Assembly (NCBI GenBank): GCA_965203515.1
Contig: OZ241907.1
Coordinates: 3,104,001-3,168,000 of the forward strand
Direction of reading: 5' to 3'
Length of the DNA stretch: 64,000 nt
From: Spirochaetia bacterium
Lineage (GTDB): Bacteria > Spirochaetota > Spirochaetia > SZUA-6 > Bin103
The notes under the pieces were generated by a model. It searched no databases. It was given only the letters and a program-made list of their open reading frames with translations, and was not told the origin of the DNA. Within the stretch, counting starts at the first letter, position 1, and each line of letters begins with the position of its first letter. This document shows positions 9,165 through 19,117 of this stretch, piece after piece. The position numbers and the translations under genes are program-made.

Positions 9165-11183
9165 ATGGCAAGTTCACTCCGCGGCACGCGGCCGCGCGTC
9201 GACGACTTCACGCTGTTGCTGGCCGCCCTGTCGGTACTCGGCGTCGTCCTCGTGCTGGCGCGGCAGATCGTCTACGGCGCAGGATTGGCCGGGGACTCAT
9301 TGGAGTACCTGGCTATCGCCGGAAACGTGCTGGCCGGCGAAGGCTTGACCTACCTGACCGGTGAGCCTGCTACGTTGTGGCCCCCGCTCTATCCGCTGCT
9401 GTTGGCCGGCGCCACGCTGGGCATCGTCGCCCCGCTCGACGTCGCCGGTCCCCTCAACGCCGTCATCTTCGGGCTCACCATATTCGCCGTGGGCCACTAC
9501 CTGCGCAAACGCCTAGCGGCCCGCTTCCCGGTGGTATGGGTCTGCATAGCGATAGCCCTGTCGATTCCCTTGGCCGATCTGGCGTCCTGGGCGATGGCCG
9601 GCCCTGCCTTCATGCTGTTGGCAACCGCCGCGCTCATCCGCGCCGACACGTTCCTGGTCGAGGGCAGGACGTCGTCTCTGGTCTGGGCGGGCGTGTTCAG
9701 CGCCCTGGCATGGCAGACCCGATACCTAGGCATAGCCGTGCCGGTGGTCGTGGGGCTGACGCTCTGCTTCCAATCGGGCGCATCGCTGCGGCAGCGGGTA
9801 CGACGTTGCGCCGGCTTCTCGCTGCTCGCCGGTGCGCCCATGGCGCTCTGGCTGGTGCGCAATTACCTGATCGCCGGGGCCATAACCGGACACGATTGGC
9901 CGATCGAATACCGTTTGCCGGCGATTCTGGGCGACATTGGCGAGGGTCTGTGGAGCTGGTTGGCATTCGACCTGCCGTTGTTCTACCGGCTGTCGAGCGA
10001 AGCCCCGGCGCTCTCGACCGCAGCGGGATTCGGATTGCTGTTGGCTGCGGCGGCGGTGGCGGCGAGCGTGATCGCGCGGCAGAAACACCTGCCCTGCTGT
10101 CTGTTCGGCGGCTTCGCGCTCACGTATCTCCTGTTGCTGGTCGCCGCGCTTGCGCAGGGGCGTACCCAATATGGATTCGAGGCGAGATACTTGACTCCAC
10201 TGTATATTCCGCTGCTGGTCGTCGCCGCGGCCGGGCTGGACCGGATTCTCAGCGGCGCACGCAAGCGGACGAGTGTCCCGTCCGCCATCCTGATGCTCTG
10301 CCTCTCCCTCGGGGGCGTGGGCCAGACTGCGGCCAACGTCTACCATATCAGGCGAGCCAACGCCGATCACTTCCACATCGGCTTCAACCGGCAACCCTGG
10401 TCTGATTCCGAGACGTTGCGCTACCTCCGAGCCAATCCTCTGGTCGGCGAAGTGCACAGCAACATGCCCCACATGGTGTTTCTCCAGTACTCTTACCCCC
10501 CCTCGGGGGACCGGCGGGATCTCGACCTTGGAAGAGTGGAATATCGGGAGTTACCTAGAAGCAGGACCGGGGGGTACGTCATCGACCGGCCCCCCGAGTC
10601 CGGCGGCGGGCGGGAGCAGTTGGCAGGGTGGCTTGCCGGGATTGTGGACGGAACCTGGGTGGTCTGGTTCGAGGACCAGGCGACCAACGACCTCTTCGAC
10701 TACGGCGCCGCCCTGTTGCGGACATCATCCGCCTTGGAGCCGGTGGCGGAGCTGGCCGACGGCGCCGTCTTCAAGGTGAACCGGAACTACGCGGTCCGTT
10801 CGGACCCGTATCGGTCGACGTATGAATCGATCGCCGGCGGTGGTCACGGCGCGCCTGCAGCGCGATCGATCTTCGACGTCTACTTTGCCGGGAACACGCT
10901 GACGTACCTCAAGGAGCCGTGCGCTGCCGGCGACGTACGGCCGCGGTTCTTCCTGCACGTCGTCCCGGAAGACTCAGCCGATCTTCTTGCCGGCGGCAAT
11001 ACGGCTGAAAGGCCAACCTTCGACAACCTTGACTTCAGCTTCCCGGACCGCGGCGTCATCCTGAACGGGAAATGCCTGGCGGTGGTAACGCTGCCGAACT
11101 ACCGAATCAACCACGTCAGGACCGGCCAGTACGTGGCCGGAGAAGGTCATGTCTGGGATGAGACCTTCCGCCCGCCCGACTGA
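9165..11183 (+). CDS. Membrane glycosyltransferase (GT-C/PMT-like) with C-terminal extracytoplasmic domain
   Basis: GDS.EY...A.N...G.G, WPPLYPLLLA, TRY.G, many TM segments, RYL.PLY.P; GGAGG before ATG 9165. Confidence 0.75.
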   Translation: MASSLRGTRPRVDDFTLLLAALSVLGVVLVLARQIVYGAGLAGDSLEYLAIAGNVLAGEGLTYLTGEPATLWPPLYPLLLAGATLGIVAPLDVAGPLNAVIFGLTIFAVGHYLRKRLAARFPVVWVCIAIALSIPLADLASWAMAGPAFMLLATAALIRADTFLVEGRTSSLVWAGVFSALAWQTRYLGIAVPVVVGLTLCFQSGASLRQRVRRCAGFSLLAGAPMALWLVRNYLIAGAITGHDWPIEYRLPAILGDIGEGLWSWLAFDLPLFYRLSSEAPALSTAAGFGLLLAAAAVAASVIARQKHLPCCLFGGFALTYLLLLVAALAQGRTQYGFEARYLTPLYIPLLVVAAAGLDRILSGARKRTSVPSAILMLCLSLGGVGQTAANVYHIRRANADHFHIGFNRQPWSDSETLRYLRANPLVGEVHSNMPHMVFLQYSYPPSGDRRDLDLGRVEYRELPRSRTGGYVIDRPPESGGGREQLAGWLAGIVDGTWVVWFEDQATNDLFDYGAALLRTSSALEPVAELADGAVFKVNRNYAVRSDPYRSTYESIAGGGHGAPAARSIFDVYFAGNTLTYLKEPCAAGDVRPRFFLHVVPEDSADLLAGGNTAERPTFDNLDFSFPDRGVILNGKCLAVVTLPNYRINHVRTGQYVAGEGHVWDETFRPPD

Positions 11184-11287
11184 GCTCTCGAGTATCTGCC
11201 TTACGGCGTATCGATCTGCGACCATCGGGATCGGCTCGCGACAATTCTTTTCTTTGTCGATGGAATTCATGCACCGGCCGGCCGGCG

Positions 11288-12385
11288 CTATCGTTCGGCG
11301 ATCGGGACGAACGGCCGGTCGTCGGGTCCGACGTATTCGGCGTCGGGGCGGATCAGCTTGTTGTCGGCGAGTTGCTCGATCACGTGCGCGGCCCAGCCGG
11401 CCAGACGGGCGATCACGAACACCGGGGTGAACAACCGCTGCTCGATGCCGAGTTGGTGGAACACCACGGCGCTGTAGAAGTCGAGATTGGGAAACAGCCC
11501 CTTCTCGCGCCGCATCACCGCCTCGATGCGGCGCGCGATGGCCAGCCGATCAGCGCCGCCGTGCTCCTCGACCAGCCGCTCGGCGCACGCCTCGATGATC
11601 GGCGAACGCGGATCGCCGCCGCGATAGACGCGGTGGCCGAATCCCATGATCAGCTTCTTTTCCGCCAGCAGCCGCATGACGCCCGACTCCGCCGCGTCCG
11701 GGTCTTCGAAGGAGCGGATCAGGTCGAGCGCCGCCTCATTGGCGCCGCCGTGCAGCGGTCCGCGCAACGTGCCGATGGCGGCGGTCACGGCGGAGTGAAA
11801 GTCGGTGAGGGTCGAGGCGGCCGTGCGGGCCACGAAGGTGGAGGCGTTGAACTCGTGCTCGGCGTACAGGGTCATGGCGATGTCCAGGGTGCGCTCCGCC
11901 GCCGGCGTCACCGGCCCGGCGCCGAGCTGCGCCAACGTGTAGGCGGCGTGCGAGCCCGCTTCGCCGGCGGCGGCGTCCGCGCGCCGCCAGCAGCCGATCA
12001 ACGCCGGGAGCTGCGCCAGCAGCGTATCGGCGGCGTCGGCCATGACGGCCGGCTCCTCGACCGGGGCGACCGCGCCCAGCGCCGAGCAGCCGGTGCGCAG
12101 CACGTCCATCGGATGCGCGCGATCGGGCAGCCTCCGCACGACGGCGCGCACCGCCTCCGGCAGCGTCCGGCGCGCGCGCAGCCGGTCGCGGTATGCGGCC
12201 AGCTCCGCGGCGGACGGCAGCCCGCCGTGGATCAGCAGGCAGGCCACCTCCTCGAAGCAGGCCCCGGCGGCCAGCTCCTCGATCAGGTAGCCGCGGTAGC
12301 GCAGCCCGCGGCCGGCCTTGCCGACGGTGGCGATCGCCGACCGGCCCGCGATCACCCCGCTCAGCCCGGCGCCGGCCTCAGCCAC
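11288..12385 (-). CDS. prpC: 2-methylcitrate synthase
   Basis: GL.YRGY.I..LA, LYAEHEFNASTF, LRGPLHGGANE, MGFGHRVY, FPNLDFYSA; GTG start overlaps the prpB end. Confidence 0.93.
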   Translation of the reverse strand: MAEAGAGLSGVIAGRSAIATVGKAGRGLRYRGYLIEELAAGACFEEVACLLIHGGLPSAAELAAYRDRLRARRTLPEAVRAVVRRLPDRAHPMDVLRTGCSALGAVAPVEEPAVMADAADTLLAQLPALIGCWRRADAAAGEAGSHAAYTLAQLGAGPVTPAAERTLDIAMTLYAEHEFNASTFVARTAASTLTDFHSAVTAAIGTLRGPLHGGANEAALDLIRSFEDPDAAESGVMRLLAEKKLIMGFGHRVYRGGDPRSPIIEACAERLVEEHGGADRLAIARRIEAVMRREKGLFPNLDFYSAVVFHQLGIEQRLFTPVFVIARLAGWAAHVIEQLADNKLIRPDAEYVGPDDRPFVPIAER

Positions 12386-13253
12386 GGTCGCCGCTCCACG
12401 CCAGGATCGCGTCCGCGCGTTCCTCATAACGCTCGTAGTCGAGCGTCCGGTACAGTTCGGCACGCGTCTGCATCTGCGTGATCACCTCCCTCTGGGTGCC
12501 GTCACGGCGAATCGCCTCGAATACGGAGGCGGCCGCCTTGGCCATGGCGCGAAAGCCGGACAGCGGATAGAGCGCCAGCGCCACGCCGGCCGCGCCGAGC
12601 TGCTCCCGGCTCCACAGCGGCGTCCGGCCGAATTCGGTGACGTTGGCCAGCACCGGCGCCCGCGCCGCTGCCGCCACCCGACCGAACTGCTCCAGCGCCG
12701 TGGCGCCCTCGAAGAAGATCATGTCCGCTCCGGCTTCGACGTAGCGGCCGCACCGCTCCACCGCCGACTCGATCCCTTCGACGGCCAGCGCGTCCGTGCG
12801 GGCCATCACGACGAACCGGTCGTCCGGCCGGCCGTCGACCGCGGCGGCGATCCGTTCCCGCATCAGGTCGGCCGGCACCAGCCGCTTGCCGGCGCGATGG
12901 CCGCACCGCTTGGCCGGCACCTGATCTTCCAGGTGCATGGCGGCGGCGCCGGCGCGCGCCAACTCGCGGGCGGCGCGGCCGATCGCCAGGCTCTCCCCCC
13001 AGCCGGTGTCGGCGTCGACCAGCAACGGCAGCGGCACGGCGCCGGTGATCCGCCGGGTCTCTTCCAGCACGTCGCCCAACCCCGTCATAGCCAGATCGGG
13101 CAGCGCGAACCCGGCGTTCGCCACGCCCGCGCCGGACAGGTAGATCGCCCGGAACCCCGCTGCCTGCGCCTGCACGGCCGCGTACGCGTTGATCACGCCC
13201 ACCACCTGCAGAGGCCGTTCGGCGCTCAGGGCGGCGTGCAGATCGCCGGTCAT
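12378..13253 (-). CDS. prpB: Methylisocitrate lyase
   Basis: YLSGAGVAN, LVDADTGWG, EDQV..KRCGHR, ARTDA, NVTEFGRTP. Confidence 0.96.
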   Translation of the reverse strand: MTGDLHAALSAERPLQVVGVINAYAAVQAQAAGFRAIYLSGAGVANAGFALPDLAMTGLGDVLEETRRITGAVPLPLLVDADTGWGESLAIGRAARELARAGAAAMHLEDQVPAKRCGHRAGKRLVPADLMRERIAAAVDGRPDDRFVVMARTDALAVEGIESAVERCGRYVEAGADMIFFEGATALEQFGRVAAAARAPVLANVTEFGRTPLWSREQLGAAGVALALYPLSGFRAMAKAAASVFEAIRRDGTQREVITQMQTRAELYRTLDYERYEERADAILAWSGDRG

Positions 13254-13294
13254 CACGCTTTCAGGTTGCCGATCCACGGGTCGATAATCAAGTG

Positions 13295-13981
13295 ATGCGC
13301 GCCGTATTGCCGGTGTTGTTCGCGCTGGCCGCGACCGGCGCCGCCGCTCAGCCGGCGCTGCCGGCGACCGCGTCCGTGCCGGGGTCCGGCGTTGCGGCGT
13401 CGTCGTCGCCGGTCACCACCGGCACCGCCTCCTGGTACGGCTGGCAGTTCCACGGCCGGCCCACCGCCAGCGGCGAGACCTACGACATGAACGGATTCAC
13501 CGCCGCGCACCGCACCCTGCCGTTCGGCACCCTGGTGCGGGTCTCCCTGATCGACGGCAGCGCCAGCGTCGACGTCCGCATCAACGACCGCGGTCCGTTC
13601 GTGGACGACCGCATCATCGACCTGTCGCTCAGCGCCGCCCGCCGGCTGGGAATGCTCCGCAGCGGCGTCGCCGAGGTGCGCCTGCAGGTGGTGGGCCGGC
13701 CGCAGCCGCAGCGCTACGTGCTGCAAATCGGCTCCTTCAGCAGCTCCGACAACGCACGGAACCTGCTCCGCAGGCTGCAGGCGCGCAACGTCCCCGCCGC
13801 CCTGGAGTCGGCCGGGGCCTTCACCCGGGTCGTCACCGAACCGGCTACGGATGTCGAGCTGCCGGCGATCGAGGACCGGCTGCGCGCGTTCGGGATCCAT
13901 GCCTGGGTACGCAGGGCGTGCTCGGAGCTGCAGGGCGCAGGAGCGGCACAGGCTCGCACGCCGTGCCCGGCCGGTGTATAA
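13295..13981 (+). CDS. rlpA: Septal ring lytic transglycosylase RlpA family protein with SPOR domain
   Basis: ASWYG..FHGR.TASGE.YDM...TAAHRTLPFGT, RINDRGPF, IIDLS; SPOR YVLQIGSF. Start is 13292 or 13295. Confidence 0.92.
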   Translation: MRAVLPVLFALAATGAAAQPALPATASVPGSGVAASSSPVTTGTASWYGWQFHGRPTASGETYDMNGFTAAHRTLPFGTLVRVSLIDGSASVDVRINDRGPFVDDRIIDLSLSAARRLGMLRSGVAEVRLQVVGRPQPQRYVLQIGSFSSSDNARNLLRRLQARNVPAALESAGAFTRVVTEPATDVELPAIEDRLRAFGIHAWVRRACSELQGAGAAQARTPCPAGV

Positions 13982-14026
13982 CCGTGACGCGACGGCGCGT
14001 TCACGTTTTCACGCGGCGCGCAGGCA

Positions 14027-14100
<74 letters not shown>

Positions 14101-14126
14101 GGAGCAGTCCCGGTGTAGGAGGGGTC

Positions 14127-15761
14127 GTGCGGATCGCCCTGGCTCAGATCAACCCGACCATCGGCGACTTCGCCGGCAACGTCGACCGGATCGCGGCCGC
14201 CGCGCAGGCGGCGCGGGCGCGCGGCGCCAAGCTGGTCGTGTGCCCGGAGTTGTCGGTCTGCGGCTACCCGCCGATGGACCTGCTCGATCACCGCTCCTTC
14301 GTAGCGGCCAACATCGAGGCGCTGAACCGCCTGCGACAGCGCCTGCCGTTCGGGCTGGGCGTGGTGGTCGGCCACGTCGCGCCCAACCCGACCGGCGTCG
14401 GCAAGACGCTGTACAACGCCGCGTCGCTGCTCGCCGACGGCGCCGTGGTCGGCTCGCAGGCCAAGAGCCTGCTGCCCACCTACGACGTCTTCGACGAGGC
14501 CCGCTACTTCGAGCCGGCCGCCGCATGCCGGCCGGTACCGTTCGCGGGCCAGCGGCTCGGCCTGACGATCTGCGAGGACATCTGGTGGGAGTCGGCGCCC
14601 GACCCGTCCGGCGCCTACGCGCGCGACCCGGTGGCCGAGCAGACCCGCGCCGGCGCGACCATGATGCTGGCGCCCTCCGCATCCCCCTATCATCTCGGCA
14701 AGCCGGCGGTCCGCAGCGCGCTGCTCGCGCGGGTCGCCGCCGCCAGCGGCTGTCCGGTCCTGTACGCCAACGCGGTCGGCGGCAACGACGGGCTCATCTT
14801 CGACGGGCAATCCCTGGCGTGCGCGGCCGACGGGCGGCTGATCCACCGGTCGCCCGGGTTCCGCGAGGACGTGGCCGTGGTCGATACCGACTCGACCGAG
14901 CGCGCCGCGCCCGCCGGCGACGACTACCGGGAGGTCGAAGCCGCCATCGGCATCGGGCTGCGCGACTACCTGGCCAAGACCGGCCACGACCGCGTCTGCC
15001 TGGCGGTCTCCGGCGGCATCGACTCCGCGGTGGTGGCGGCCGTCGCCGCCCGGCAGCTCGGCGCCGAGCGGGTCACCGCGTTCGCGCTGCCGTCCCGGTA
15101 CTCGTCGGCCGGCAGCCGCCGCGACGCGGAGGCGCTGGCGCGGGCGCTGGGGATCGACTTGCACGTATTGTCGATCGAGCCGGCGTTCGCGGCGTTCCTG
15201 CGGACACTGGCGCCGGTGTTCGCCGGGCGTCCGCCGGACACCGCGGAGGAGAACCTGCAGGCGCGCATCCGCGGCGCCCTGGTGATGGCGTTCGCCAACA
15301 AGACCGGCGCGCTCGCCCTGGCGACCGGCAACAAGAGCGAGTTGGCGACCGGCTACGCCACCCTGTACGGCGACATGGCCGGGGCGCTGGCGCCGATCGG
15401 CGATCTGTGGAAGACGCAGGTCTACGCGCTGGCGCGCCGCATCAATCGGGACGGGCCGATCATCCCGGACGCGACGATCGACAAGCCGCCGTCGGCGGAG
15501 CTGCGGCCGGGCCAGCTCGACAGCGACTCGCTGCCGCCGTACGGAGTACTGGACGCCATCCTGCAGCGCTACGTCGAGCGGAGCGAAGGGGCCGGGCAGA
15601 TCGTGGCCGCCGGCTTCGAGCCCGGGCTGGTCGATCGCGTCCTGCGGATGGTGGGCCAAGCCGAGCACAAGCGGCGGCAGGCGGCCACGGTGATCAAGGT
15701 GTCGCCGCGGGCGTTCGGCCCCGGCCGCCGCTTCCCGATCGCCCGCGCCATGTCCGCCTGA
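14127..15761 (+). CDS. nadE: Glutamine-dependent NAD+ synthetase
   Basis: Nitrilase domain (PEL..CGYPP.D, K.LLPTYDVFDE.RYF, ICEDIW) plus SGGIDS, ENLQARIRG, TGNKSE, PSAELRP. Confidence 0.96.
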   Translation: MRIALAQINPTIGDFAGNVDRIAAAAQAARARGAKLVVCPELSVCGYPPMDLLDHRSFVAANIEALNRLRQRLPFGLGVVVGHVAPNPTGVGKTLYNAASLLADGAVVGSQAKSLLPTYDVFDEARYFEPAAACRPVPFAGQRLGLTICEDIWWESAPDPSGAYARDPVAEQTRAGATMMLAPSASPYHLGKPAVRSALLARVAAASGCPVLYANAVGGNDGLIFDGQSLACAADGRLIHRSPGFREDVAVVDTDSTERAAPAGDDYREVEAAIGIGLRDYLAKTGHDRVCLAVSGGIDSAVVAAVAARQLGAERVTAFALPSRYSSAGSRRDAEALARALGIDLHVLSIEPAFAAFLRTLAPVFAGRPPDTAEENLQARIRGALVMAFANKTGALALATGNKSELATGYATLYGDMAGALAPIGDLWKTQVYALARRINRDGPIIPDATIDKPPSAELRPGQLDSDSLPPYGVLDAILQRYVERSEGAGQIVAAGFEPGLVDRVLRMVGQAEHKRRQAATVIKVSPRAFGPGRRFPIARAMSA

Positions 15762-15795
15762 CGCTCCATGTCCTCCTGACGCCGCGCCGCCGGCG

Positions 15796-17532
15796 CTAGG
15801 AAGAGGCGGTCAGCGTCTCCAGGTCGAGCTCGCCTGCCGCGCACGGCACCTGAATCGCCCACGCTTCCAGCACCTCGGGGTGCAGCTCGCCGATCCGGCC
15901 GGCCGGCGTCTCGCCGGCGCCGACCAGCACCTCCGCGGCGCGGCCCGGCGCGAACCGCGGATCGGCGCAGGCGCGCAGCCGGTACGGGATGCGCAGGTAG
16001 TAGAGCAGCCCGGCCAGATGCTCGTTGACGTCGTTGAAGCCGGCTGCTCCGCTGGCGTAGAGGAACCCCAGATGGGTGCGCGTCACGGTGCCGGAATCAT
16101 CGCCGGCATCGCGGCGGGCGGTCTTGCCGACCTCGAACAGACGGTGCGGGTAGACCGCGTGCGCGCTGGCCGCCTCGCACCGCAGCAGGCTCGGCAGGGT
16201 GGAGGCGCGCACCACCGCGTAGTTCTCGGAGATCGGGTTGGCGATGCGCAGCACCTGCCGGTCGAGCTCCGCGTCGCCGGCCGACCGCATGCGCTCGACG
16301 TGATCCCGGTAGGAGCCGAGATAGCTCACCATCAGCTCCTCGTAGCCGAGCCCCACCATCAGCCCGCGCGCGCGCCGGCTGAACCGCTCGATGCCGGTGA
16401 GCCGGCCGGCCGTGAAATCCTCCGGCAGCGTCGGCCGGAACGAGTCGAGGCCGCGCCCGATCACCACCTCCTCGATCACGTCGACCGGGTGCAGGAAGTC
16501 GTTGCGGAACGGCGGCGGCCGCACCGTCAGGCGGTCCCCGTTCGCCGCCGCCTCGACCCCGGCCAGCCGCAGCGCGCGCAGCGCCTCGCCGGCCGCCACC
16601 GGCTCTCCGAGCAACCGGCCCACGGACGACAACTCGACGTCGACCGGCTCCTGGAACGCCATCGGCGCGGTCACCTCCCGTCCGAACGGCGTGTCGTACG
16701 GGTAGCGCGTCGTGACCGGACGGATGCGGAAGCCGGCGTCGGCCAAGTCGCACGCGACGATCGAGGCGGCCAGCAGCAGATGGCTCAGGTCGGTGCCGGT
16801 CACCTCCACGAACAGGTCGTCGTCTTCCGGCTTGACCGACCCCAGCCCGGCGCTGTTGATGACCGGCGGCATGCTGAGCGCGCGGCCATCGGCGTCGACC
16901 AGGAACGGAAAGCGCCGGTGATCGGCGATGATCGGGCCGAACTCCACCCCCTTGGGATGGCGGGCCAGCACGTCGCGCAGGCTCATCTCCTCCGGCGGCC
17001 GGTCGTCGGCCGGCAGCGGCGCGAATCGGGTCGCGTCCGGATCGGCGGCCAGGTAGCGGATCGGGTAGCGCATCCGGCCGGCGCGGTACACGCCCATGGC
17101 GATCGCGCGGCGCTTGCGGCCGTAGCTCCAGCAGAGCTTCTCCTGCGTCTGGATCAGATCGACCAGCAGGGCTTCGCCCACGGCGGGCCCGCTCGCCTGA
17201 AAGCCGACGATGTACGGCCGCACCGGCTCGATCTCCGCATCGACCTCGATGACGCGCCCTTCGCACGGCAGCGGCGCATCCGGCCGCGAGAAGCAGTCAT
17301 AGGCGGGCGGCGGCTCGCCCAGCCGGGCGCGGAGCAGGCGCGCCAGCCCGGCCGTGGACCAGAGATCGGGCCGATTGGTGTCGTTGAGCTCGATGCGCCG
17401 GACGCCGGCGTCGAGGTCCCGTTCATCCAGCACCGCCTTGGCGCCGGACAGCAGCGGCGCCAGCTCGGCGTCATCGATCGGCCGGCCCAGGAACCGTTCC
17501 AGCAGCGCGTCGGCCACGTCGATCTTGGGCAT
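15796..17532 (-). CDS. pheT: Phenylalanine--tRNA ligase beta subunit (archaeal/spirochaete type)
   Basis: MPKI start, ELNDTNRPDLWS, QTQEKL...YGRKR, PP.RND.LHPVD..EE; short archaeal-type length. Confidence 0.93.
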   Translation of the reverse strand: MPKIDVADALLERFLGRPIDDAELAPLLSGAKAVLDERDLDAGVRRIELNDTNRPDLWSTAGLARLLRARLGEPPPAYDCFSRPDAPLPCEGRVIEVDAEIEPVRPYIVGFQASGPAVGEALLVDLIQTQEKLCWSYGRKRRAIAMGVYRAGRMRYPIRYLAADPDATRFAPLPADDRPPEEMSLRDVLARHPKGVEFGPIIADHRRFPFLVDADGRALSMPPVINSAGLGSVKPEDDDLFVEVTGTDLSHLLLAASIVACDLADAGFRIRPVTTRYPYDTPFGREVTAPMAFQEPVDVELSSVGRLLGEPVAAGEALRALRLAGVEAAANGDRLTVRPPPFRNDFLHPVDVIEEVVIGRGLDSFRPTLPEDFTAGRLTGIERFSRRARGLMVGLGYEELMVSYLGSYRDHVERMRSAGDAELDRQVLRIANPISENYAVVRASTLPSLLRCEAASAHAVYPHRLFEVGKTARRDAGDDSGTVTRTHLGFLYASGAAGFNDVNEHLAGLLYYLRIPYRLRACADPRFAPGRAAEVLVGAGETPAGRIGELHPEVLEAWAIQVPCAAGELDLETLTASS

Positions 17533-17534
17533 GG

Positions 17535-19082
17535 CTACGCCGTCCCGCCGGCGGCCGCAGCGCGCGTGCGCACGCGCTCCAGGTCCTCGGCGAACAGCTC
17601 GCGGACCGTATCGAGCCCCAGCGACAGCAGCGCCATGCGGTCGATGCCAAGACCCCAGGCCAGCACCGGCACGTCCACGCCCATCGGCTCGGTCACCTCC
17701 GGGCGGAAGATGCCGGCGCCGCCCAGCTCGAACCAGCCGAGCTGCGGATGCTTGACCCACGCCTCCACGGACGGCTCGGTGAACGGGAAGTAGCCCGGCT
17801 CGAACCGCACCTCGGTCGCCTTGGCCACCTCGCGGGCGAACAGCTCCAACAGACCCAGCAGGGTCCGCAGGTTGGCGCGCTCGCTGAGGACGATCCCTTC
17901 GGTCTGATAGAAGTCGGCCAGGTGCGTGGCATCGACGTCGTCGTAGCGGAAGCAGCGCACCACCCCGAAGTACTTGCCCGGCACCTCGGCGCCGGCCAGC
18001 GCCTTGGCCGACAGCACCGTGCCCTGGCTGCGCAGGATCAGCCGGCGCGTGAAGTCGCGGTCGAAGCGGTAGCCCCAGCCGCGGCTGCCGGTCTGCCCGC
18101 CATGTTCATGGGCGGCGGCCACCGGGTCCAGGAACTGCGGGGGAATCGAGGTGGTGTGGGTCGGCTCCCGGACGTAGAAGACGTCGTGGATGTCGCGCGC
18201 CGAGTGGGACTGCGGCATGAAGAGCGCGTCGCAGTTCCAGAACTCGGTCTCCACCAGCGGCCCGTCGAACTCCTGAAAGCCGAGCGAGACCAGCTTGTCC
18301 TTGAGATCGTCCAGGAACAGCGCGTACGGGTTGTAGCGGCCGAACAGCACGCGGTTGGGCGGCGTCTCCACGTTGTAGGGGCGCAGCCCCCGCTCCCGCC
18401 AAGCGCCGGAGGCAAGGAGCTGGGGCGTCAGCACGCCGATCGCTTCCGCCTCGGTCGACGGACCGGAGGCCAACGCGGCGGCCGCCTGCGCGCCCTGCTC
18501 GGTAAGGCGGTAGAAGACCGTCTCCCGATCGCTGGCGCGAAACGCCGCGCGCGCCCCGCGCCGGCGGCTGAGCGTCAGCAGCACCGCCCGGTCGCCGTCC
18601 GGGAGCACGGACTCGCGCAACGGGCCGGCGACCGCCGCGTCGAGCAGGCGCCGCGCGGTCGCCAGCGACGCGGGCCGGGCGCCGGCCGCCGCCGCGCGCT
18701 TGCCTTCATCCATGCGCACCGCCTGCGCGCGCGCCAGCGCGCCGAACGCCGAGCCGACCGCTCGCTGGTCGAGCCCGGTGCGCCCGGCCAGCTCCGGCAG
18801 GGAGAGCGGGCCGTCGGCTTCGAGCCGGTCGAGGATGCGTTCCTCCGGCATGCCGTCCCGCTGATACGCATGGCCCAGCTCCGTCAGGCCGTGCTCCACG
18901 TCACTGACCCGGCGGGTCTCCGCCACCCAGCCCTTGCCGGTGAGCCAGGAGACGGCCTGATTGACCTGACCCAGCACCAGGCCGGCCCGCGCGGCCAGCG
19001 TTTCTGGGGTCGATTCGTCGCTCTGCCGCATCGCCTGCAGCGCGGCCGCTTCCAGCGGGTGCAGATCGGTCGGCGCCGGCAT
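17535..19082 (-). CDS. pheS: Phenylalanine--tRNA ligase alpha subunit (long archaeal type)
   Basis: LHPLE N-terminus, FWN.DALFMPQ.H.ARD, FRYD.VDATHL.DF.Q.EG, YFPFTEPS.E, ELGGAGIFRPE, AWGLGIDR. Confidence 0.95.
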   Translation of the reverse strand: MPAPTDLHPLEAAALQAMRQSDESTPETLAARAGLVLGQVNQAVSWLTGKGWVAETRRVSDVEHGLTELGHAYQRDGMPEERILDRLEADGPLSLPELAGRTGLDQRAVGSAFGALARAQAVRMDEGKRAAAAGARPASLATARRLLDAAVAGPLRESVLPDGDRAVLLTLSRRRGARAAFRASDRETVFYRLTEQGAQAAAALASGPSTEAEAIGVLTPQLLASGAWRERGLRPYNVETPPNRVLFGRYNPYALFLDDLKDKLVSLGFQEFDGPLVETEFWNCDALFMPQSHSARDIHDVFYVREPTHTTSIPPQFLDPVAAAHEHGGQTGSRGWGYRFDRDFTRRLILRSQGTVLSAKALAGAEVPGKYFGVVRCFRYDDVDATHLADFYQTEGIVLSERANLRTLLGLLELFAREVAKATEVRFEPGYFPFTEPSVEAWVKHPQLGWFELGGAGIFRPEVTEPMGVDVPVLAWGLGIDRMALLSLGLDTVRELFAEDLERVRTRAAAAGGTA

Positions 19083-19117
19083 GGTCGATATGCTCCTGTT
19101 GGGTCCCGGGCCGGCCG

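Noticed and set aside
11184..11287. AT-richer spacer with a short minus-strand ORF (MNSIDKEK...)
   Set aside because: No recognisable motif, and the ORF runs antisense into the GT-C gene.
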